The notes under the pieces were generated by a model. That model made no database searches and was not told the origin of the DNA. It saw only the letters and a program-made list of their open reading frames with translations. The translations under genes were made by a program, and so were the position numbers. From assembly GCA_002423585.1 (NCBI GenBank), contig DIWS01000015.1, positions 22,743 to 46,742 of the forward strand: 24,000 bases of DNA, written 5' to 3'. Origin of the DNA: Actinobacteria bacterium UBA6100. Lineage in GTDB: Bacteria > Actinomycetota > Coriobacteriia > Anaerosomatales > Anaerosomataceae. Below are positions 1 to 6,872 of the stretch, in pieces (the first letter of the stretch is position 1; each line of letters opens with the position of its first letter).

Positions 1-1608
1 CCCCGCGTAGCCGATCACGGTGAGGTTGCTCTCGAGCTCGGCCATCTCATGGCCGGCGGGGAGCTCGTCGAGCTTCCGCATGCCGAAGGCGAGTACGCGC
101 AGGCCCTGCTCGGACCACTGCTCGACGAGCGTGGCTGCGGCCGCAGCGTCGAGCGGCACCGGCGTGCCGTCGCCGGCGATCGCCCCGGTGGCTCTCTCGA
201 CGATCGCTTCGGCGGCACCCTTGGTGAACGACACGTAGCCGCCGTCGGGCAGCTTGTGCACGGTGGTCATGAGCTTGCGGTCCGAGTCGAACGGCATCTC
301 GGCTGAGCGCGGCATCTCCGCCTCGAGCCCTGCGCGCATGAAACCGGCCTTCTCAGCGGCCACGTAGAACGCGACCTCGGTCGGGTCGCCCACGAGCGCG
401 TCGGCCTCGCCGCTCACGTCGTTACTGAGCGAGAACGCGTGCGCGAGCCAGTGCCAGCCTTCGGCGGTCGTGCCATTGGCCTCCAGCGCGCCGGGCTTCG
501 TGTCGCCGGCAGCCACGTGTTCAACGGTCATCTTGTTGATGGTGAGCGTGCCGGTCTTGTCGGTGCAGATGTAGGTGACCGAGCCGAGTGTCTCTACGGC
601 GGGCAGTTTGCGCACGAGTACGCTCTGTTTGACGAGCCGGCTTGCGCCGAAGGCGAGCGCGATGGTGGTGATGGCCGGTAGCGCCTCGGGAACAGCGGCC
701 ACGGCGAGCGAGACTGCGGTCATGAACATCGTCATGACGTCCTCGCCGCGCAGCAGGCCGATGGCGAACACGATCGCCGTGAGGCCGATCGCGACGATGC
801 CGAGCGTGCGACCGAAGGAGGCGAGCCGCTTCTGCAGCGGCGTGGTCTGGTCGGTCTTCGCACCGAGCAGGCCGGCGATCTTGCCCAGCTCGGTGCCGAG
901 ACCCACGGCGGTCACCACGCCCACGCCGCGACCGTAGACGACTTGTGTGCCCTTGTACGCCATCGAGGTGCGGTCGCCGATCGGTGCGTCGGTCTCCTCG
1001 ATGGGCCGCGGGTGCTTCTCGGCAGGCAGCGACTCGCCGGTGAGCGCCGCCTCGGCGATCTTGAGCGACGCGGCGTCGACGAGTCGCAGATCTGCGGGCA
1101 CCACGCGCCCGGCATCGAGCAGCACGATGTCGCCCACGGTGAGATCGCTTGCGGGGATCTCGAGCACGCGGCCGCCCCGGCGCACCGAGGCCACGGTGCC
1201 GGCCATCTCGCGCAGCGCCTCCATGGCACGCTCGGCACGGTACTCCTGGAAGACGCCGATGGTGGCGTTCAAGACCACGATCACGAGGATCGCGATCACG
1301 TCGGCCCATTCGGGGTGTTCGCCGAGCAGCATGAAGCCTGGGCCGGAGATGAGTGCGGCGGCGATCAGTAGCAGGATCAAGAAGTCCTTGAACTGCCCCA
1401 CGATCATCTGGAAGATCGTGTGCTTCTCGCCCTCTGGCAGCTGGTTGGGGCCGATCTCGGCTAGACGTTCCGCCGCCTCGGCATCGCTCAGACCGTCCGG
1501 GGAGGTGCCGAGGCAGCTCAGCACATCGTGCGACTCGAGTGTGCACGCATCGTCGACGCGGTACTTCGGGTCGAGTTCTGCGGGGACTACGGGAACGGGC
1601 TTCGCCAT
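1..1608 (-). CDS. Cation-transporting P-type ATPase (P2-type, Ca2+/Mn2+-like). The N-terminal 536 codons are present and the gene continues past the window start.
   Basis: This ORF is missing from the ORF track because it is open to the window edge. My own reverse-complement translation starts at the ATG at 1608-1606, with SD AGGAGGA (plus-strand tcctcct at 1613-1619). It reads MAKPVPVVPAELDPKYRVDDACTLESHDVLSCLGTSPDGLSDAEAAERLAEIGPNQLPEGEKHTIF...TGESLPAEK...VAAVPEALPAITT...ICTDKTGTLTINKM...LTVIGYAG. It carries the TGES actuator motif, a PEGL-like PEAL in TM4, and the DKTGT phosphorylation site. The frame stays open to base 1. Confidence 0.9.
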   Translation of the reverse strand, partial: MAKPVPVVPAELDPKYRVDDACTLESHDVLSCLGTSPDGLSDAEAAERLAEIGPNQLPEGEKHTIFQMIVGQFKDFLILLLIAAALISGPGFMLLGEHPEWADVIAILVIVVLNATIGVFQEYRAERAMEALREMAGTVASVRRGGRVLEIPASDLTVGDIVLLDAGRVVPADLRLVDAASLKIAEAALTGESLPAEKHPRPIEETDAPIGDRTSMAYKGTQVVYGRGVGVVTAVGLGTELGKIAGLLGAKTDQTTPLQKRLASFGRTLGIVAIGLTAIVFAIGLLRGEDVMTMFMTAVSLAVAAVPEALPAITTIALAFGASRLVKQSVLVRKLPAVETLGSVTYICTDKTGTLTINKMTVEHVAAGDTKPGALEANGTTAEGWHWLAHAFSLSNDVSGEADALVGDPTEVAFYVAAEKAGFMRAGLEAEMPRSAEMPFDSDRKLMTTVHKLPDGGYVSFTKGAAEAIVERATGAIAGDGTPVPLDAAAAATLVEQWSEQGLRVLAFGMRKLDELPAGHEMAELESNLTVIGYAG

Positions 1609-1647
1609 GCTTCCTCCTGTGCGTAGCGGGTCAGGACGTGAATCGAT

Positions 1648-1753
1648 CCTGAAGGTCTCGCACGCGAGGTGTCTCGTGGGCAGGGCCGGGGCGGACGCAC
1701 CCGTGATGACGGCCTGCCTCCCGGTACGGAACCGGGCAGCTACTCCCCTTCGG
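1648..1753 (-). promoter_or_regulatory. yybP-ykoY (Mn2+) riboswitch-like aptamer in the 5' leader of the P-type ATPase
   Basis: The minus-strand RNA reads CCGAAGGGGAGUAGCUGCCCGGUUCCGUACCGGGAGGCAGGCCGUCAUCACGGGUGCGUCCGCCCCGGCCCUGCCCACGAGACACCUCGCGUGCGAGACCUUCAGG. It contains the hallmark GGGGAGUAG L1 element and a 3' GCGAGACC element (compare GCAAGACC in the L. lactis yoaB element, recalled from memory). GAAGG and CCUUC can close P1, and internal hairpins are possible (CUGCC..GGCAG, GGCCG..CGGCC). It sits about 40 nt upstream of a P-type ATPase start, a known genomic context for this class. No covariance model was run. Confidence 0.6.
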
Positions 1754-1775
1754 GGGGCAATGATAGCCGAAGGGG
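1745..1775 (-). terminator. GC-rich hairpin 20 nt downstream of the panD stop (candidate terminator without a U-tract). It overlaps the riboswitch 5' strand.
   Basis: The arms are 9 bp and perfectly complementary: ccccttcgg (1745-1753) and ccgaagggg (1767-1775), with a 13-nt loop. No T/U run follows on the minus strand. Confidence 0.35.
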
Positions 1776-1794
1776 GAGGAGGGCGCATCAGGTG

Positions 1795-2175
1795 CTAGTG
1801 CGCGCGGAACGCCTCCTCGGCACGGATCTCAACGGCGCGGTTGGTCGCGTCGACGAAGACGGCGCGGGGCTTCCAGGTGCGGGCCTCGGTGTCATCGAGC
1901 TCAACGAACGATGCGATGATCACGAGATCGCCGGTGCTCACAAGGTGGGCGGCCGCGCCGTTCACGCAGATGGCGCCGCTGCCGCGTGGCGCGGCGATGG
2001 CGTAGGTGGTGAGGCGCTCGGCGTTGGTGACGTCCCAGATGTGGACGGCCTCGCCGGGCAGGATGTTCGCGGCCACGAGCAGGTCTTCGTCGATCGAGAC
2101 GCTACCCTCGTAGTCCACGTTCGCTTCGGTGACGACGGCGCGATGGATCTTGCCGCCGAGCATGGTGCGCTTCAT
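1795..2175 (-). CDS. panD: Aspartate 1-decarboxylase
   Basis: [33 protein letters not shown]... matches the PanD N-terminus, including the self-processing Gly-Ser site (YEGS). I chose the ATG at 2175 (GGGGGAG SD 6 nt upstream) over the GTG at 2196 listed in the ORF track. Confidence 0.92.
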   Translation of the reverse strand: MKRTMLGGKIHRAVVTEANVDYEGSVSIDEDLLVAANILPGEAVHIWDVTNAERLTTYAIAAPRGSGAICVNGAAAHLVSTGDLVIIASFVELDDTEARTWKPRAVFVDATNRAVEIRAEEAFRAH

Positions 2176-2239
2176 CTCGTGCTCCCCCGGGTACACGCCG
2201 CCTGTGCGGTCGCGTCTCGATGCGGGCCCTAGGTGCGGG

Positions 2240-2248
2240 ATTGTAGCA
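2240..2248 (-). promoter_or_regulatory. Candidate extended -10 promoter element (TGCTACAAT) upstream of panD
   Basis: Minus-strand TGcTACAAT (plus-strand attgtagca) lies about 65 nt upstream of the panD ATG. No convincing -35 is present, and the TGn extension could compensate for that. Confidence 0.3.
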
Positions 2249-2385
2249 CGGGAGAATCATGAAGTGCCCGGGAATCGACCTCGCGTGTCTTCACAAGGTA
2301 CCGCGGACGCGGTGTGAGCGGTGGGGTCTTGCCCGTACAGCCCCTGATCGTTCGATCGCCGCGTCCGCACCTCGGATCGCGCGGT

Positions 2386-2559
2386 CTAGTGGTGGGTGGC
2401 CAGCTTCCCGTGGTGGGCCGAGTGGAGGTGGATCTCCTCACGCACTTCCTCTTCGAGGCCGTAGATGCTCTCGAAGAGCCCGAACAGGATGTAGCCCAGA
2501 GCAACGAGTCCGGATGTTCCGACCAGAACCGCCATGACGGCCACGATGATGTCAGTCAT
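2386..2559 (-). CDS. Small single-pass membrane protein with an acidic/His-rich C-terminal tail (57 aa), hypothetical
   Basis: MTDIIVAVMAVLVGTSGLVALGYILFGLFESIYGLEEEVREEIHLHSAHHGKLATHH. A strong SD (AAGGAGG) lies 7 nt upstream of the ATG at 2559. There is one clear hydrophobic helix. The longer form in the ORF track (2604) lacks an SD. Confidence 0.55.
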   Translation of the reverse strand: MTDIIVAVMAVLVGTSGLVALGYILFGLFESIYGLEEEVREEIHLHSAHHGKLATHH

Positions 2560-2743
2560 CGTCTCCGCCTCCTTTCGACCGGGTCCGATGTGCGCTATTC
2601 GCATATTCTTGGACCCAAACTGAGTATTTCATACCCCTTCAGGTTGCGTTCATAACGGGTAATCTTTCTGAGCCTCACGCGAGCCTGTGCACCCTCTGCC
2701 ATAATGGGCGCGTGACGACGCCACGCCACGCGAAAGGGCAGCC

Positions 2744-4084
2744 ATGATCGAGCGCTACACCCGTCCCGAGATGGGCGCCATCTGGGATCTCGAGAACAAG
2801 TTCGAGATCTGGAAGCGGATCGAGGTCCTCGCGTGTGAGGCGCAATCCACCCTCGGCGTGATACCCGCAGACGACGTGGCGGTCATCTCCGAACGCGCGG
2901 CCTTCGAGGTGGAACGCATAAACGAGCTCGAGGCCACGCTCAACCATGACGTGATCGCGTTCCTCACCAACATGGCCGAGCACATCGACGCCGGCTACGG
3001 CGAGAACGACCCCAAGCCCTCGCGCTGGGTGCACTACGGCATGACCTCCAGCGACCTCGGCGACACCGCGCTGTGCTACCAGATGACGCAGGCGCAGGAC
3101 ATCATCATCGAGGACGTACGCCGGCTTGGCCGCATCTGCCAGCGCCGTGCTGCTGAGTTCTCCGACACCCTCTGCGTGGGCCGCACGCACGGCATCCATG
3201 CCGAGCCGATGTACTTCGGCATGAAGTGGGCTGCGTGGGCGCAGGCGCTCAAGCGCGCCGAGAGCCGGCTCATCGCCACGCGCCAGTACTCGTGCGCGTG
3301 GGGCGCGATCTCGGGCGCGGTGGGCAGCTACTCCAACATCGACCCGTTCGTTGAGAGCTACGTCTGCGAGAGGCTCGGCCTCACACCGGACCCGGCGTCC
3401 ACGCAGGTGATCGCCCGCGACCGGCACGCGCACGTGCTCGCGGTGCTCGCCACCGTGGCCGCCACCGCCGAGTGGATCGCCACCGAGATCCGAGCGTTGC
3501 AGAAGAGCGACACCATCGAGGCCGAGGAGCCGTTCGCTGTGGGCCAGAAGGGCTCGAGCGCGATGCCGCACAAGCGCAACCCGATCACCGCCGAGCGCGT
3601 GTGCGGCCTGGCGCGCGTGGTGAAGGCCAACGCGCAGGTGGGCTTCGACAACGTGGCGCTGTGGCACGAGCGCGACATCTCGCACTCATCCGCCGAGCGT
3701 GTGGTGCTTGCCGACAGCTTCATCGCAACCGACTACCTGCTCGCCAAACTCGAGTGGATCCTCGACGGCCTCGTGGTGTACCCGGAGGTCATGCGCGCCA
3801 ATCTCGAGAAGACGCGTGGCCTCATCTACTCGAGCCGCGTGCTGCTCGAGCTCGTGGACACCGGGATGAAGCGCGAGGACGCGTACCTCGTGGTGCAGCG
3901 CAACGCCATGGCCGTGTGGGACGACATCCAGCACGCGCGGGACGGGCTTACCTATCGGCAGCGGCTCGAGGCGGACGCCGAGTGCGTGCTGAGCGCAGCA
4001 CAGCTCGACGCGATCTTCGATCCGCACGCGTTCCTCGCGAGGGCAGGCGTGGTGTTCGAGCGGGCGAAGGGGCTGGAGTTCTAA
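2744..4084 (+). CDS. purB: Adenylosuccinate lyase
   Basis: This 446-aa protein begins MIERYTRPEMGAIWDLENKFEIWKRIEVLACEAQ and contains GSSAMPHKRNP, the fumarate-lyase superfamily signature loop. Its length is typical of the Bacillus-type PurB. Confidence 0.93.
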   Translation: MIERYTRPEMGAIWDLENKFEIWKRIEVLACEAQSTLGVIPADDVAVISERAAFEVERINELEATLNHDVIAFLTNMAEHIDAGYGENDPKPSRWVHYGMTSSDLGDTALCYQMTQAQDIIIEDVRRLGRICQRRAAEFSDTLCVGRTHGIHAEPMYFGMKWAAWAQALKRAESRLIATRQYSCAWGAISGAVGSYSNIDPFVESYVCERLGLTPDPASTQVIARDRHAHVLAVLATVAATAEWIATEIRALQKSDTIEAEEPFAVGQKGSSAMPHKRNPITAERVCGLARVVKANAQVGFDNVALWHERDISHSSAERVVLADSFIATDYLLAKLEWILDGLVVYPEVMRANLEKTRGLIYSSRVLLELVDTGMKREDAYLVVQRNAMAVWDDIQHARDGLTYRQRLEADAECVLSAAQLDAIFDPHAFLARAGVVFERAKGLEF

Positions 4085-4160
4085 GTTCCGCCGCCGCCCG
4101 TCGCCCGTCCTGTCGGACGGCGCACACTCATCTGGCAGACGGCTCTCAATACGCGCACGG

Positions 4161-4183
4161 GGTACTCCGATAGCAGGAGTACC
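4161..4183 (+). terminator. Hairpin downstream of purB (candidate terminator or leader structure of the next gene)
   Basis: ggtactcc (4161-4168) and ggagtacc (4176-4183) form an 8-bp perfect stem with a 7-nt loop. No T-tract follows. Confidence 0.3.
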
Positions 4184-4213
4184 ACGATTCCCGTCCGCCG
4201 AGCCGAGGACATC

Positions 4214-4894
4214 ATGCGCGCCGTCGAGCCGATGCTCACCGAGATCCGTTCCGACTACCGGAGCGAACCTGACCTCACCCGCGTGGTGCTCAATGCCACG
4301 TCATGGTTCGAGGCGAGCCTTGCAATGGGCCTTCTGTCCGAGGCGATGCCGGCACGTACGCTCGTGAAGTTCGCGAACCTGCGTGAGGCTATCAAGGAAC
4401 TCCCGCGCTGCCCGCTCCCGATGCGGATCGACTTCGAGGGTCTCGCACGCACGTGGAGCCTCGAGCGGGACGGCATGGCGTGGGCCAGGCGATTCGACCA
4501 CTCGGCAGGCGAATACTCCATCGCACTGCTCGGCGAGGGCAACTACGTGTACGACATCGTGATCCGCATCGACGGTCGCACGCTGATGCTGATGCCGGAC
4601 AATGCGACCGAGGACTTCATCAACCCGGGTGCGATCGATCTCATGATGGAGCGACCGGACATCTTCGGCAGCGTCATCGACCTCACTCAGGCGATGGGGC
4701 TGCCCTTCTACCCGATGTTCTACATGTCGCTCGAGGACTGGCGGCACGAGTACGCCACCGCGGTCTTCAGCGAGATCATCGAGGACTTCGACCGTTTCCG
4801 TGAGCCGATGACCGTGTCGCAGGGGCCCGAGCTGAAGCCAAAGCACAGGCGCGCGCGGTCACGCAAGAAGAAGACGGCGCGTACGGCGGCGTAG
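4214..4894 (+). CDS. Hypothetical protein with a strongly basic C-terminal tail (226 aa)
   Basis: The ORF shows coding-like composition, with a GAGGA SD 5 nt upstream of the ATG. I recognise no family. The tail is KPKHRRARSRKKKTARTAA. Confidence 0.6.
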   Translation: MRAVEPMLTEIRSDYRSEPDLTRVVLNATSWFEASLAMGLLSEAMPARTLVKFANLREAIKELPRCPLPMRIDFEGLARTWSLERDGMAWARRFDHSAGEYSIALLGEGNYVYDIVIRIDGRTLMLMPDNATEDFINPGAIDLMMERPDIFGSVIDLTQAMGLPFYPMFYMSLEDWRHEYATAVFSEIIEDFDRFREPMTVSQGPELKPKHRRARSRKKKTARTAA

Positions 4895-4962
4895 GGCAGG
4901 TTCCCAGGCGGCGCTCGCTGCCATCCCGATTGCGCTTAACACCGACAGCATCCACTGGTGTG

Positions 4963-5004
4963 TTGACTTATCGGCATGAGGCATATATGCTACGTGCAGA
5001 TAAG
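4963..5004 (+). promoter_or_regulatory. Sigma-70-like promoter overlapped by a palindrome (candidate NrtR autoregulatory operator)
   Basis: The -35 is TTGACT (4963-4968), the spacer is 17 nt, and the -10 is TATGCT (4986-4991). The palindrome has arms CTTATC (4967-4972) and GATAAG (4999-5004) around a perfect core, GCATATATGC (4981-4990). The SD AAGGGAGG lies at 5002-5009. Confidence 0.5.
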
Positions 5005-5015
5005 GGAGGCGCACC

Positions 5016-5738
5016 ATGAGCACAGCATCTGAAGACCGCGAGTTCCTCGAGACCTACGACCCTGCCGAGTTTGACCGGCCGTCAGTTGCGGTGGACGTGG
5101 CGCTGCTCACCGTGTCCGACGGCGTGCTGCGGGTGCTGGTCGTCGAGCGCGAGGAGGCGCCGCAGGCGGGGCGGTGGAGTCTGCCCGGCACGTTCGTGGG
5201 CATGGCCGAATCGCTCGAAGACGCCGCTCGGCGCGCGCTGGCCACCAAGGCGCATGTGGCCGACGTGTTCCTCGAGCAGCTCTACACGTTCGGCGCGCCA
5301 GACCGCGATCCGCGCACCCGCGTCCTGAGCGTCGCGTACTACGCGCTGGTGGACGCGGGCCGGCTGTCGAGCGCCGAGCTGCGCCGCGTGCGCGTCCCGT
5401 GGGAGGGCGAGGAGGGCGGTCCGGTCGAGGTCGTGGCCGCAGACGGCGAGGCGCTCCCCCTCGCGTTCGACCATGCGGAGATCCTCGGCATGGCGGTCAA
5501 GCGGCTTCGCGGCAAGCTCGACTACACGCCCATCGGCTTCCAGCTCCTGCCCGAGCGCTTCACGCTTCGGCAGCTGCAAGACGTGCACGAGACGATCCTC
5601 GGCCGGCCGCTCAACAAAGACTCGTTCCGGCGCCGCATGCTGGCGTCAGGCCAACTTGAGGCCACCGGCGAGCGAGAGGACGAGGTCGAGCATCGGCCGG
5701 CGGAGCTCTTCTGTTTCACACACCGGTCGGCACTCTAG
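5016..5738 (+). CDS. NrtR-like transcriptional regulator (Nudix domain with a degenerate Nudix box plus a C-terminal winged-helix domain)
   Basis: The N-terminal Nudix fold is visible (RPSVAVDVALLTV, GRWSLPG). The Nudix box GMAESLEDAARRALATKAHV keeps G-x5-E but lacks the REUxEE catalytic glutamates. The C-terminus, FTLRQLQDVHETILGRPLNKDSFRRRMLASGQLEATGE, matches the NrtR wHTH signature. Confidence 0.8.
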   Translation: MSTASEDREFLETYDPAEFDRPSVAVDVALLTVSDGVLRVLVVEREEAPQAGRWSLPGTFVGMAESLEDAARRALATKAHVADVFLEQLYTFGAPDRDPRTRVLSVAYYALVDAGRLSSAELRRVRVPWEGEEGGPVEVVAADGEALPLAFDHAEILGMAVKRLRGKLDYTPIGFQLLPERFTLRQLQDVHETILGRPLNKDSFRRRMLASGQLEATGEREDEVEHRPAELFCFTHRSAL

Positions 5739-5819
5739 CGAGCACACCACCGCCGGCGGCGATCAGGCGCCGCTGGCTTCGGCGACCCGCACGGGCCGCC
5801 TCGAGGAGAGGAGCGGACG

Positions 5820-6869
5820 ATGGCAGAGATACGGCACTTCCCCGGCGTGAGGCATCTTCGGGCCGAGCCGTCGATGCATGTGGTGCGGTATCGCAACGGC
5901 GCTGCGGTGGGCAGCGGGCGCGGCCTCGCGTTCTGGTTCCGGCCGCTGTCGGCGGCCGTGGCGGAGATCCCGATGGACGACCGCGAGCTCACCATGCAGA
6001 TCCGCGGCATCACGCTCGACTTCCAGGAGGTCTACGCCCAGGGCGTGGTGACCTGGCGCGTGGCCGATGCCGACGCACTCGCCTCGCGCGTGGACTTCCA
6101 CATCGACCTGGTGAAGGGCCGCTGGGCGAGCGAGCCGCTCGAGCAGGTCTCGGGACTCCTCACGCGCATGGGTCAGGAGATCGCCCTTGCATGGATCGCC
6201 GAGCGTCCGCTCGAGGCGGTGCTCGCCGATGGCGTGGGTGCGCTGCGCACCCGCATCGCGCAGGCGCTCGCAGCCGAGAAGAGCCTCGGCGAGATGGGGC
6301 TCAGCGTCGTCACCGTGCGCATGGCCTCGGTGCGCCCCACTCCCGACGTGGAGAAGGCGCTCCAGACCCCGGTCCGCGAGGCCATCCAGCAGGACTCCGA
6401 CCAGGCGCTCTTCCAGCGTCGCGCGCTCGCCGTGGAGAAGGAGCGCGCGATCGCCGAGGCCGAGCTGCAGAACCGTATCGAGCTCTCGAAGCGCGAGGAG
6501 CAGCTCCTCGGCCAGCAGGGGGCCAACGCGAGGCTGCAGGCGCGTGAGGAAGCGGACGCGATGCGGATCCGCATGGAGGCCGACGCGGAGCGCACCGGGA
6601 TCAGCGCGCGGGCCGAAGCGGAGCGGGTGCGGGTGAGCGCCGAGGCCGAAGCCGAGGGGCTCCGGCTGGTGGAGCTGGCGCGCGCCGAGACCGAGCAGGC
6701 GATGATGGACGTCTACCGCGACCTGCCCGCCGAGGTCATGCGCGGGCTGGCGGCGCGCGAGTTCGCCGGCAAGCTGCAGCGGATCGAGCACCTCAACATC
6801 GCGCCGGACATGCTCGGCCAGCTCGTGGGCGACTTCCTCGGCGCGGCGACCGGGCGGCTGGAGGCGTGA
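5820..6869 (+). CDS. SPFH/band-7 (flotillin/stomatin-like) domain protein with no N-terminal TM segment
   Basis: An SPFH-like core is followed by a long Ala/Glu/Arg-rich coiled region (AIAEAELQNRIELSKREEQLL...EADAMRIRMEADAERTGISARAEAERVRVSAEAEAEGLRL). The SD is GAGGAGAGGAG. No hydrophobic anchor is visible. Confidence 0.75.
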   Translation: MAEIRHFPGVRHLRAEPSMHVVRYRNGAAVGSGRGLAFWFRPLSAAVAEIPMDDRELTMQIRGITLDFQEVYAQGVVTWRVADADALASRVDFHIDLVKGRWASEPLEQVSGLLTRMGQEIALAWIAERPLEAVLADGVGALRTRIAQALAAEKSLGEMGLSVVTVRMASVRPTPDVEKALQTPVREAIQQDSDQALFQRRALAVEKERAIAEAELQNRIELSKREEQLLGQQGANARLQAREEADAMRIRMEADAERTGISARAEAERVRVSAEAEAEGLRLVELARAETEQAMMDVYRDLPAEVMRGLAAREFAGKLQRIEHLNIAPDMLGQLVGDFLGAATGRLEA

Positions 6870-6872
6870 GTC

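Noticed and set aside
521-1546. 341-aa minus-strand ORF, and overlapping plus-strand ORFs, within the first 1.6 kb
   Set aside because: These translations are Arg/Pro/Gly/His-rich, low-complexity sequences typical of out-of-frame ORFs in GC-rich DNA. The genuine frame is the minus-strand P-type ATPase frame, which carries the TGES and DKTGT motifs and is open to the window edge.
2675-3685. 336-aa ORF antisense to purB
   Set aside because: This is a shadow ORF opposite a confidently identified purB. Its composition is dominated by Arg, Ala, Gly and Leu, and it has no motif or RBS.
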